A DNA stretch of 63,712 nucleotides, counting the filler, from Reclinomonas americana ATCC 50394 (lineage: Eukaryota), in the NCBI GenBank assembly GCA_048213135.1. It is 31 parts of 31 records of this genome, joined end to end, with 100 filler letters (N's around TTAATTAATTAA, not from the genome) between each part and the next. Parts side by side here need not be neighbours in the genome. Positions count along the whole stretch, not along the records: positions 34,005 to 37,959 come from AFZH01024624.1; positions 38,060 to 39,080 come from AFZH01024625.1; positions 39,181 to 40,627 come from AFZH01024626.1; positions 40,728 to 41,855 come from AFZH01024627.1; positions 41,956 to 45,827 come from AFZH01024628.1; 26 more parts are not named here. One strand, given 5' to 3'. The notes beneath the pieces were generated by a model. That model did not search any database, was not told where the DNA came from, and saw only the letters and a list, made by a program, of their open reading frames with translations. The position numbers were made by a program, and so were the translations under genes. Positions 34,590 to 45,927 of this stretch are shown piece after piece. Position 1 is the first letter of the stretch, and the number at the start of each line of letters is the position of its first letter.

Positions 34590-37540
34590 TTAGCATGCAT
34601 TGGTGTAAATCTTATCCGAACTTGTGGTGACAAACACGCGACCCCCAGACGCACTCATGGCCACATTCTGCACCTCAGCGACATTCAACTCTGTCACCTC
34701 CCACGACACGCCCGCATCGGACGACATCCACAGGCCTCTGAGTTTGCCTCCGACGTAGTTGCCACACACTACGGCGATGTACTTGCCGTCGAAGCTGAGA
34801 GCGACTGATGTCGACAGACAGCCTGTGATGGCTGGGACTCGCGTATACGAGACAGCACCGTCACGGGAAATGTACACAGAGCCACCTAACACAGAATTAT
34901 AAGCAAGAAAAACAATAACCACTGCTCCGTTGCCGCTCACGCCGACGGTGATGAAGTCGAGCTCCAGAGCAGACACCATCGTGGTACCCAAGTCAGTCGT
35001 CCTGTACGCGCCGCCAGTATCGTTGCCGGCGGCATTGGCAACCAAGACCGCCAGTGAGCAGTCATAATTGCACTGCACCGCAGACCAGCGTTGGTTCGGT
35101 TGTGGAGACCGAGTAAATGTCGCTCCGTAATCTGTCGAGACGTAGACACCGTCGCTGTCACAACAGCCACCGTTGGCAGCCGCCATGATCGTTTTCCCGT
35201 CATAACTCATCGTGATACCCACCCAGTTAGCAGTCGGTGCACTTGCGGTCCACGAGTTTCCGCTGTCAGTGGAGATCCAGAGTTGACCATTCTGAACGGC
35301 GGCCGCCAGCACTGTGCCGTCGCTACTCATCGCGAGTGAAACGTACGCTCTGGAGGTAGTCGTTTGCCGAGCCGACCATGTCACGCCACTGTCAGTTGAC
35401 ACATACAGGAAGCCGTTCGCATCGGCAAACAGCTTGGTGCCGTCGACGTTTGATACAATGTGACCCCATGAGAGACTGTTGCCTCGAGCAGTCCACGTTC
35501 GCGGAGTGCAATCACTCCTCGAAATCGATGCCGACGAGGACTCCTGCACCCAGGCACTTCCCATGCTCACCACCTTGATCGAGTACACGGAGGCAGGGGC
35601 AGACTCGTCCAGCCACCGTTGGAACTGTGCTGTGCCTGCTGATTTGACCAGAACACGGAAGCCACCGCCGGCTTGCGGGCCAATGCAAGAGTGCGCGACT
35701 GTGAACTCTCGCCCAATAGCCACCGTCGCGGGATCCGGCAGGGTGATGGTGATTGTAGTGGATGCAGCGGCAGGGAAGCACGAAGACGGCATCACAATGA
35801 GACGAGCGTCGGCGAGAGTTGCCGCGTAGTCAGAGGAGACCGCGCGGGTGGCCAGCGTCACGAAAGTGGTAGAAATCGACGGGACTGAAAGGCTGCCGCA
35901 TGATATCGTGCCAGAAACAGCAAGTGATGTAGATCTGTAGCTTGAATCTGAACGCCCGTCACATTGCCTGAAGTGCTGAGACTGCTGCCCGTCACCACGC
36001 CTGCCGCACTCACTGCGCCGGTCGACACAACACTGCTGGAAACAACACCGCCAGGAGTACTCACACTACCACCTGTCACCACGCCAGTCGTACTCACAGA
36101 GAAGGTTCCAGAAACGTTGAAATTTGTAACATTGATGGTGGTGGCGGATATGCTGTCTGTGACAGTCACTGTCGCGGCTGCGACACTGCCAGACGTGCTG
36201 AAGCTGCCACCCGTCACCAAGCCTGCCGAACTCACAGTGCCAGTCGACAATACGCTGCCAGCAGTCATACTGCCAGAAGTGCTGAGACTACCACCCGTCA
36301 CCACACCCGTCGCGCTCACTGTGCCATTCGACACAACACTGCCAGAAGTCATACTGCCAGAAGTGCTGAAGCTGCTGCCCGCCACGAAGCCTACCGAACT
36401 CACAGTGCCGCCTGAAACCATGCCGCCAGATGCCACACTGCCCGAAGTACTGAGACTGCTGCCCGTCACCAAGCCTGCCGAACTCACAGTGCCACCTGAA
36501 ACCATGCCGCCAGATGCCACACCGCCAGAAGTGCTGAGACTGCTGCCCGTCACCAGGCCTGCCGAACTCACAGTGCCACCTGAAACCATACCGCCAGCAG
36601 CCACACCGCCAGAAGTGCTGAGACTGCTGCCCGTCACCAAGCCTGCCGAACTCACAGTGCCACCTGAAACCATGCCGCCAGCAGTCATACTGCCAGAAGT
36701 GTTGAGGCTGCTGCCAGTAACCACGCCTGCCGTACTCAGCGATGCCATCGAGAATGTGCCAGACACATTCAAATTCGTGGTGTTGATGGTGGCGGCGGAT
36801 ATGCTGTCCGAGACGGTAACCGTCGCAGCTGTGACTTTTCCAGCGGTACTGAAGGTCCCACCGCTTATCGTGCCTTGGGAGCTGACTGAACCGGCGTTAA
36901 CACTTGTTGAGACCGCGAGCACTCCCGTAGTTACTAGACCAGTCGTGTTGAGGCCAGCGGTCGTTATCAGGCCGGTTACGTTCATCGCACGTGCTGTCAG
37001 ATCGCCGTCGATAGTGGCGCCGTCAGCGTGGAGTTCTCGAGTGGTCAGTCTGGAGAAACTCGCAGACTCCAGCGCAGTTGCAACGTCGCGATCGATGCCA
37101 TGCCGAGTCGCGATAATTATCGAACTAATGCCCAAACCGATCAACAAGACTACAATGCCGACGAGCCACGGCCACTTGCGCATGCGCTTGTGCCCGTAAA
37201 TCCTAGGCAGTGCTTCCGGAGCGCGCGGTGCCAACTGAAGCTGCACAAGCAGATCTACATGACCGGGCTGTGCCAATTGCACACTCAGAGCCTGCTGTGC
37301 ACCCGCAGCCTGCTGTGCACCCGCAGCCTGTTGCGCACCCGCAGCCTGCTGTGCACCCGCAGCCTGCTGTGCACCCGCAGCACGCAATGCGCCTGCAGCC
37401 TGCTGTGCGCCTGCAGCCTGCTGTGCGCCTGCAGCCTGCTGTGCGCCTGCAACCTGCGGAACCTGCAGCTGCTCCGCATTTGGTCGCGGCACAAGCGCCT
37501 GTGAATCCGATGTCGGCGGACATGCACTTGATAAGGGCTC
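34590..37540 (-). CDS. Type II membrane fibre-like protein (AGAQQA repeats, TM, Ser/Thr/Gly repeats, ITLP domain, Asp-box propeller), frameshifted near 35930
   Basis: ORFs 35858-37750 and 34590-35861 join if 8 bp at 35928-35940 are removed. TM WPWLVGIVVLLIGLGISSIIIA follows KRMRK. Asp boxes STDSGVTW, STDSGNSW, STDYGATF, SSDAGVSW. True start uncertain. Confidence 0.72.
36370..36712 (-). repeat. 84-bp coding tandem repeat (about 4 copies)
   Basis: 28-aa unit SSLSTSGGVAxGGMVSGGTVSSAGLVTG. Confidence 0.85.
37288..37452 (-). repeat. 18-bp coding tandem repeat (AGAQQA, about 9 copies)
   Basis: GCCTGCTGTGCACCCGCA-type unit on the plus strand. Confidence 0.9.
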
Positions 37541-38114
37541 CACACTGCAGAGGTCAATCACGTCATAAGCGTGACGCAACTCGCTGTGACGATGTCGACT
37601 CGGAGGAAGACACATCCGACGACGGATCCCCCTGAAAACTCCCATCATCGCCGTTGACATTGCATGGTTCCACGCCTCTCTCCACTTCATCGTCCAACGG
37701 AAACTCAATAAACATGGGGATCGGCTGCGCCTTGCACAGATCGCAAACACAGCGTGTCAGATCACGATGCCAGAACTTGCGAGACACAACACAGTGCTCA
37801 ACGTCAAGCCCTCTCGAGAAATATCCGTCAGCTGCAGCCATCGTCACCTCGATCAGTGATCTGTCCAGAAATAGAGTCTGTGCATTGTCAGACGATCAAG
37901 AACGCACATGCACATGTACGCACACACGCACACGCACTCTCATGCACACACACACACACNNNNNNNNNNNNNNNNNNNNNNNNNNNNNNNNNNNNNNNNN
38001 NNNTTAATTAATTAANNNNNNNNNNNNNNNNNNNNNNNNNNNNNNNNNNNNNNNNNNNNCCGCCTCCGTGGCCGGCAGTGGCGCTTGCACCATCGACATG
38101 GAAGGGATGCTTCC

Positions 38115-39080
38115 TTACTGGTTGAGCAGTTCGGTCATCTCGGCGGCGGCGTCCTTCGTCGCGGTCGCGACGTCCTTCTGCCCGCTGAGGATGGCCTGGA
38201 TCATGGCGTTGGTCGTCTTCTTCGCCTGGACGGCTCCGAAGTTCGGCGTGACCGGGACGGATGCTCCGCCGTCGACCATCTGCTCGGCGAACGGCGCGAC
38301 GAGCGGGTCGGTCGAGGCCAGGGCCTCCTCCATCGCGGACTGGACGCCCGGGAAGTAGCCCGTCTCCTTCGACCACTGCTCGGCGAACTCACCGGTGGTC
38401 ATGAGCTTGACGAACTCCCACGCGAGGTCGGCGTTCTTCGTGGTGTTGAAGACCGACAGGTGCGATCCGCCGAGCACGGACGGAGCGATGCCGCCGTCTT
38501 CGCCGGGGATGACCGCCGCGCCGATCTTGCCCTCGAGGTCGGGGTTCGCCTCGATGAGCGCCTTCGGCGTCCACGAGCCGGAGAGCATCATGGCGACGTT
38601 GCCCTGCGTGAACGCGTCGCGCAGGTCGGTCTCCTTCCAGGTGGTGGCACCGGCGGACGAGAAGCCGTGCTGCGTCGCGAGGCCCGTGTAGAACTCGATG
38701 CCGGCCTGCGACTCCTTGCTGTCGAGCTCGCTGGTCCATTCGCCGCCGTCCTGCGTGGCGATCTCTCCGCCCGCGCCCCAGACCCAGGGGTAGACCTGGA
38801 ACTCGGCGTCGCCGGCGACGGGGAACGGGAGCATCTCGGGCTTCGCGGCCTTGATGGCCTCGCCCGCCGTGACGATGTCGTCCCACGTCTTCGGAGCCTC
38901 GAGCCCGAGCTCCTCGAACACGTCGGTGCGGTAGACGATCGAGCGGACGCCCGCGTACCACGGCATGCCGTAGAGCTCGTCGTCATAGGTGCCGGCGACC
39001 GCGAGGCCCTCGACGAGGTCGTCGCGCAGGCCCTTCTCGGCGTCGACATACTCGTCGAGCGGCTCGAGCGCGCCCGCGTC
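38115..39080 (-). CDS. Sugar ABC transporter substrate-binding lipoprotein, C-terminal part
   Basis: YGMPWYAGVRSIVYRTDVF, PKTWDD, LGGSHLSVF. Confidence 0.9.
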   Translation of the reverse strand, partial: DAGALEPLDEYVDAEKGLRDDLVEGLAVAGTYDDELYGMPWYAGVRSIVYRTDVFEELGLEAPKTWDDIVTAGEAIKAAKPEMLPFPVAGDAEFQVYPWVWGAGGEIATQDGGEWTSELDSKESQAGIEFYTGLATQHGFSSAGATTWKETDLRDAFTQGNVAMMLSGSWTPKALIEANPDLEGKIGAAVIPGEDGGIAPSVLGGSHLSVFNTTKNADLAWEFVKLMTTGEFAEQWSKETGYFPGVQSAMEEALASTDPLVAPFAEQMVDGGASVPVTPNFGAVQAKKTTNAMIQAILSGQKDVATATKDAAAEMTELLNQ

Positions 39081-39180
39081 NNNNNNNNNNNNNNNNNNNN
39101 NNNNNNNNNNNNNNNNNNNNNNNNTTAATTAATTAANNNNNNNNNNNNNNNNNNNNNNNNNNNNNNNNNNNNNNNNNNNN

Positions 39181-39482
39181 GTGGTACCGGTCTCGGCGAT
39201 GTCGGGGGTCGTGCCACCGGCGATGGAGGTCACGAAGCGATCGTGGGCGTCGGCCCACTGGATCTCCTCGATGGTGACCTTCGCCCCGGTCTCCTCTTCG
39301 AAGGCCTCGGAGACCTTGTCGTAGAAGGCGGTCGCGTCGGGGTTGGTGCCCTTCATGATCCAGACGGTGAGCTCCTGCCCTTCGCCGTCGGTGCCGCTCT
39401 CGGTGGCACCGCCGGCGCAGGCTGCCAGGCCGAGCGTGGCCGCGGCGCCCAGCGCCACGACCGGAAGAATGCGCTTGTGCAT
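39181..39482 (-). CDS. Sugar ABC substrate-binding lipoprotein, N-terminal part (likely same gene as 38115-39080)
   Basis: Lipobox LAAC, LTVWIM, PDIAETGT. Confidence 0.88.
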
Positions 39483-39660
39483 CAGGGATCTCCTCTTCGA
39501 AATTGCTCCTGGCGGGCATCGGATGCTCACCTGGTAGGAAAAAGTATCCACGACTAACTAATTCGCTGCAAGTTCCTCTCACAATCGTCATGCGCCCGTA
39601 ACATCGGGCTTCCCCGCAGGCTCTCGGCTGCCTGTGCACTGCCGTGGGTATGCTCGCCGG

Positions 39661-40627
39661 ATGCCCAGACGCACTCGAGACAGCGACCGATCCCGGGTCG
39701 CCCGCCACGCAGACACGCGCACCCGCGGCACCGCCTCCCGGTTCCTGAAGGTCACCGGCATCGTGGTGGCCATCGTCCTCACGTCGGCGCTGGCCGTCGC
39801 CGCATTCGTCGTCGTGGACCTGGTCAACCGCATGGGCGACGGCGCTGTGACCCTGGAGGATGCACCGGAGGTCGAGCCGCCCACGATCGACGCCTACCCC
39901 GGCGAATTCAGCATGCTCATCGTCGGCACGGACGAATGCGGAGAGGTCTCGACGGGCCTTCTCGGCGAGCGCTGCTCGGAAGCGGACGGGGGCGTCCTGA
40001 ACGACGTCAACCTGCTCGTGCACGTCTCCGCCGAGCCGCGGAACGTCACCGTCGTGTCCTTCCCCCGCGACCTCATGATGTCGACGCCGGAATGCACCCT
40101 GACGGACGGATCGATCGCCTCGGCCACCGACTACTCCGCCATCAACGAGATCTACCAGCGCGCAGGCCTCTCCTGCGTCGCGAAGAGCGTCACCGACCTG
40201 ACGGGCATCGACATCCCGTTCGCCGCCAAGATCGGTTTCGACGGCGTGATGGAGGTCACCGATGCGATCGGCGGCGTCGAGGTCTGCATCGGCGGCGAAG
40301 GCATCCGCGACGAGCAGACCGGCATCGACTGGCCCGCCGGCATGCGCTCGGTGTCGGGCATCGAGGCCCTGCAGTTCATCCGCACCCGACACGGTGTCGG
40401 CGACGGCAGCGACCTCGCACGGATCTCCAACCAGCAGCAGTACATGTCGCGGCTGATCCAGAAGATCATGAGCGACGAGGTCCTCACCGATCCCGCCAAG
40501 GTGCTCGGCCTCGCGAACACCGTCGTCGACAACATCGAACCCAGCGACGAGCTCTCGAACCCCATCCGCCTGGCCCAGCTGGCCATCTCGATCAAGGACG
40601 TGCCCTTCTCGGACTTCGCATTCCTGC
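39661..40627 (+). CDS. LytR-CpsA-Psr (LCP) family protein (3' truncated)
   Basis: N-terminal TM, LIVGTD, VVSFPRDL, ALQFIRTRHGVGDGSDLARISNQQ. TATGCT a few bp before ATG suggests a leaderless transcript. Confidence 0.92.
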
Positions 40628-40727
40628 NNNNNNNNNNNNNNNNNNNNNNNNNNNNNNNNNNNNNNNNNNNNTTAATTAATTAANNNNNNNNNNNNNNNNN
40701 NNNNNNNNNNNNNNNNNNNNNNNNNNN

Positions 40728-41855
40728 GTCACCTTCGCATCGACCTTGAACTGCGTCAGCACGCTGGTGATCTGCTCGATGACCTTGTCGGTCGCCTCGG
40801 AGCGCATGACGGGCGCAGGCCCCTCGACGAGCAGGCCGGGCGACGGCAGGATGTACGGGGCCACGGGGGCCTGAGGCCCTCGGTCCCCCGGACCTTCGGT
40901 GCCGAAACCGTCGAGGCCCGGAAGCTCGGGCATCTCGCCCGTGTCGGACTCGTCGTCGAGAAGCGCGGTCGCCTGCTGCTCCGCGAGCGAGTCGGTGACC
41001 GAGCGGACATCGGTCAGCACTTCGGTGGCGGCGTCGTAGGGATTCTCGACCACCACGGCCTGGTCGTAGGCGGGGGTCGGCTCCGCCGTGTTCAGCAGAG
41101 CCGTGATGTCATCGGAGCCGAGAGTCCCCTCGTCGGGGTCCTCCTCACGGCCGGTCTTGTTGCGTCGCCACCACGGCAGCACGTCCGGATCGTCGACCTT
41201 GTCGGCCTCGTCGATCGCGGCCGCATCCTTCGCGGGCTTCTCGGTGCGCTCCGCGTCGAACATCCAGGCGTAGAGGTCGCCGAGGCGCGCGCCGATGCGG
41301 TTCGGCGGGGTCTTGGTGAGGATCAGGACGCTCAGTGCAGCGAGAAGCGCCAGCACGATGTAAGCGGGGATGTCGGTCAGATAGGTCAGCGGCTGGCCGA
41401 GCATCCATCCGAAGAGGCCGCCCGATTCGCTGAGCGCGAGCATGCCCTCCTTGGGCTGCGGGCGGGATCCGGCGACGTGGCAGATGCCAGCGAGCGTCAG
41501 CACGAACAGCCCGAAGCCGATCCCGATGCGCCCGTTGTCGTGCACGGAGGACGGATGCCGGAACAGCCAGCCCGCGAGCAGGAGCAGCAGCACCGGCATG
41601 ACGAAGGCGACGCGTCCGATCAGTCCTCCGACGGAGAACGCGCTGATGTTCGCGGCGACGTCGTTGCCGATGAAGAACCACTCGTTCACCGCACCGGCGA
41701 CCGCGAGCAGCACGAGCAGGAACGGGAATCCGTCGCGACGGTCGTCCTTCTCGAGGCTCTCCGGACCGAAGGCGCGGAACAGCCCTCCGACGCCGTGCGC
41801 CAGTCCCGTCCAGGCGCGGACCGCGACCGGCGGCCTGTCCTGCTCGTCGATGTAC
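40728..41855 (-). CDS. ftsK: DNA translocase FtsK, N-terminal membrane region (fragment)
   Basis: KDDRRDG, GGLFGW, linker, then YILPS..LL...VLTQFKVDAKV. Confidence 0.88.
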
Positions 41856-41989
41856 NNNNNNNNNNNNNNNNNNNNNNNNNNNNNNNNNNNNNNNNNNNNT
41901 TAATTAATTAANNNNNNNNNNNNNNNNNNNNNNNNNNNNNNNNNNNNNNNNNNNNGTCGTCTCTTTGTGGTGAGATTTTTCTCTGCAGG

Positions 41990-42598
41990 CATGCTGCTCA
42001 CCTCGTGGAGCAGCACGCGTCGGAGTCGCCACCGGCCACGGCACTGAGAGCATACTACGAACAGTCGCTGGGAGTGCTGATGTACGACATGCCACGCATG
42101 CTCAAGGCCTACGACGCAAATGGCGTGTACCGGGTCTACGACATTACGAACAGCTCTGTGTTGTACTTTGTACGAGTACCTTATGTGCCGGAGGTGGTGG
42201 ATGCGTACCAATCGAGCGTCACTTACTATCGGTACGCGTGTCTCTCTCGCCAACCTGCGCGGTAATCCACATGGTCGCTGATATCCTCACTTCGCAGACA
42301 ACACGGTTACCGAACGGACATTGCCAAGCTCACGTGGTACAAGTTGTCGCAGATCCGACGCAGTTTGCGTGAGGTACACCCCGATGTTTTGTGCGTGCGT
42401 GTGTGGTTGGGAATGACGGTGCGCTGACTCTTGTGTGCTGCAGGCCATGGCGGTCGGCGAATTGCACGGCGTGTGTGTGGGCTGTGAACGCTCGCATCGC
42501 GAGCATGCGTTGCTCGGTCGGCCACTGGCGGAGGTGCTGGCCGTGGCAGAGGTTTGTCGGGGAGACTTCTTTCCCTTGCTTATATCGGCAACTCACTG
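41990..42598 (+). CDS. Eukaryotic hypothetical protein, 3' exons
   Basis: Spliceable ORFs (LRAYYEQSLGVLMYDMPRMLKAY..., GYRTDIAKLTWYKL...) convergent on GlyRS. Confidence 0.4.
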
Positions 42599-42897
42599 AT
42601 TGTTGGTGATGACGTAGGAGGGTGGCATTCTGCAAGCACTCGAGGTTTCAATTGGGTCTCACGGGCAGCTGCAGGGCAGTGTGGAGTACACATAGCGTGC
42701 GTGTGTGGAGGCTAGTGCTTACTTTTTTGGGGGGTATAGATTTATGTGTATCGAGTGGAATTTGTTGTTGGTGTGTGTGTGTGTGTGTGTGTGAGGAGGT
42801 TGAAGCGAAGAAGAATAAGTGTGGAGTGATGGCGGTTGTCACTCTTTCGTCTTCCGTCCTTTTTTTAAAAAAATTGAAAGCGTTGTTTGTTGGGCAA

Positions 42898-44882
42898 CTA
42901 TGCGGGATACAGGGCGGCCCAGTTGCGCGAACGCACCACGGCCAGCAGTTCGTCTATCGTGATTCGCTTCTGGGTCATGGAGTCTCGCTCGCGCACAGTG
43001 ACGCTATTGTCGGCGAGGCTCTCAAAATCGACGGTGACACAGAACGGGGTGCCGATCTCATCCTGCCGCCGGTATCGCTTGCCAATCGATTGTGTCACGT
43101 CAAAGTCGGTGCGCACCACGTCGACCATGGACTGGAAGAGTGAATTCGACAGCTGCACCAGCGGCTGAGCCATAGGGGCGGTCGACAGCAAGTGAGTGAG
43201 GCAGACGGTAACGAATCTCCACATCATTCACCCTGCCTTGCCAAACCTCTTTCTTGGAGAGCGGCAGCACGGCAAACTGGAACGGAGCGACCTCGGGGCG
43301 GAGGCAGAGTCGGATGCGACTGGTGCCGTCTTTGGAGGCCTCGACTTGGTCGACTCGGTACGCATCCAGCAGAGTGGCGTACAGCAGCCTGCACGCATGT
43401 TTTGTCCCCGCTCAGTTCAACTACAGACGCAACTCGTGACCGCTGCTACTCACCGATCGAGTCCAACCGCAGGTTCGATGCAGTGCGGATAGAACGGCTC
43501 ACTAGTGGCACCGGAGCGGAAGCGCAGATCCTGACCCGAGTGCGTCGCGTGCGCCTTCAGGTCGTAATCGGTGCGATTCGCAATGCCCCACAGTTCGCCC
43601 CATCCCCACGAGAACAAGAACTCAATGTCCGTGGTGCCCGCCGAGTAGTGCGCCACCTCCTGCACACAATCACATGCACGCGCACGTACGTGAGTGCGGT
43701 GACGCCTTGCCACCTACTCTCGTGCAACGCAACTCCAGGGCCGAATTCACGCATCCGGAAGCTCTCCGGCCGCAGGCCCACCACGTTCTTCAACCAATCC
43801 ACACAGAACGTGATCCAATACCGATACCATGTGGGCGACGACTCGGGCGCACAAAAGTACTCCATCTCCATCTGCTCAAACTCACGCGTGCGGAAGAGCA
43901 AGTGTCCCGGCGAGATCTCGTTGCGGAACGAGCGACCGGTCTGCGCCATGCCAAACGGCAGCTGCGGTCGCTCCGTCTGCACCAAGTCCGCAAAGTGTGT
44001 AAACATGCCTTGCGCCGTCTCCGGGCGCAGCGGCAGCACATCACTCGAGTCCTCGGTGCAGCCGAAACGCGTCTCAAACAGCAAGTTGAACAGGCGTGGC
44101 GGAGACAACTGGCACTTGTTGGCCTTTGCATCGCCGCACCCGCCGTGCAAGTCACGCGAGCGTGCAGCATCCACAAAGAACTCACGGAACTCGTCCAGCG
44201 AGAGACCGGCAATCTTCTTGCCGGCCTCGTCGCCCAGTTGCTCCTCCACCAGCTTGTCTGCACGCGACCGGCGACCGCATGTCTTGCACTCGACCAGTGG
44301 ATCGGTAAAGTGCTCAATGTGGCCGGTTGCCTCCCACACTGCATGGGGCGGAAGTGAGACACGCAGCAGCAGCAGTGTCACATGCTTAAAGGAAACGCAC
44401 CCTTGCGCGACATCAAAATGCACGTCTCCACGCCGTACACATCGGGTCTGCGCTCCACAAAGTGTCGCCACCACAAGTCACGCAGGTTCTTCTTCATCTG
44501 CGTACCTGCGCGGTGTCTCGAGAGAGTCAGAAGGGACAGGGAGAGAGAGAGAGTGTCTGTGATGCGATGTATGCATGCTTGTGTGTACCCAGCGGGCCAT
44601 AATCAATCAGGCTCTCCACGCCACCGTAGATGCTGCTGTTGGCCATCACAAAGCCGCGGCGACGCAAGAGTCGTTCCACGGCTCCTGGTCCCTCGGCAGC
44701 CATCTTATCGTCGCCCTGCGTGCACACAAAGCACATTGCTGATTACATGCATGCACAACTCACTCGCGCTGTGTACTCTCTCTTACACTGACCACTGAAG
44801 CTGAGGGTAATGAGGTCGACCATCGCGCAGTGACAGGTGGCGAGAACAGTAAGCGCCCTCCACGGCGTGCAAGCAGCAGCAT
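42898..44882 (-). CDS. Mitochondrion-targeted glycyl-tRNA synthetase of bacterial alpha2 (GlyQS) type, intron-containing
   Basis: Exon 1 (44882-44787) [27 protein letters not shown]; then IYGG...[83 protein letters not shown] introns. Confidence 0.92.
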
Positions 44883-45148
44883 TCGTCGAGAGCACCCAAG
44901 AGGACAAGCAAGACTGATTTCAGCGTTTTTGTGTTTACTACTCTCTCACTCTCACTCTCTCTCACTCGCTCGTTTTCCTCATTCTTGTTGGTTATTCGAC
45001 AATCACCGGCAAAAACAGTCATCCACTCCACACATACACACATGCAGACTCGCCTCACCCACATAGAACCAGATATACAAAATCACACACGATGCAGCTG
45101 GATAGACGCCTGCTAAGTGCCGACAAGTGCGCAACGTGGTGCCAACTA

Positions 45149-45827
45149 TTATGCGACGTAATGGTAGAGACTCGAATCTGTGACGAGCGGGCACGCAGTC
45201 AGCAAAAAAATGAGGAGAACCCGCACACAAGCGCACACACACGCACCAGAGTCATCACGCCGCAGGAACTCGCGCAGAATGAGGTCCTCGATACGAGTCT
45301 TGACTTGGCGCGGCTGTGGCCTGAACAGGTTGAGCTGCTGCAGGGTCTCCGCCACCAGCGCCTGATGGGAGAGCGTTCGTCGGGCCTTCATCACACGCAC
45401 AATGCAGGCGTCAATCATGTAGCGCCGCTCCTGCTCACGCTCCTCCGGCTGACCGCCAGGCCCAGCCTTCTTCACCGTGATCTTCGGCAGCGGGATGCTG
45501 ATCTTCAGTCGCTTGGTCTCGAACGCCTCGTTGAATACAACAGTCTCCTCCGCGCCCAGATTCTTGGCGCTGTTGATGCGCGTCAGGATCTGGAACTTGC
45601 CGGCACACAGACCCATGATGGCGCGCTTGACTTCGTCGAGCGGGATTCTGCAAGCGACAGGGCGGTCACAAAACGAGTGCACGCAGCGAGCGACGGCAAC
45701 GACGACGACGACGACGCAACTGTGTCATCTCGTGAATCTGCTGTACAGTGAGCTCGGCGTGCGTGTTGAAGAGGAGGCACACGGATGCTTGGTGACCCGT
45801 CATGGACAACTCGCGCTTGCCAATGGT
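45149..45827 (-). CDS. Cullin, C-terminal neddylation domain (5' truncated)
   Basis: ERRYMIDACIVRVMKARRTLSHQAL...KTRIEDLILREFLRRD...YHYVA*; two introns. Confidence 0.93.
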
Positions 45828-45927
45828 NNNNNNNNNNNNNNNNNNNNNNNNNNNNNNNNNNNNNNNNNNNNTTAATTAATTAANNNNNNNNNNNNNNNNN
45901 NNNNNNNNNNNNNNNNNNNNNNNNNNN

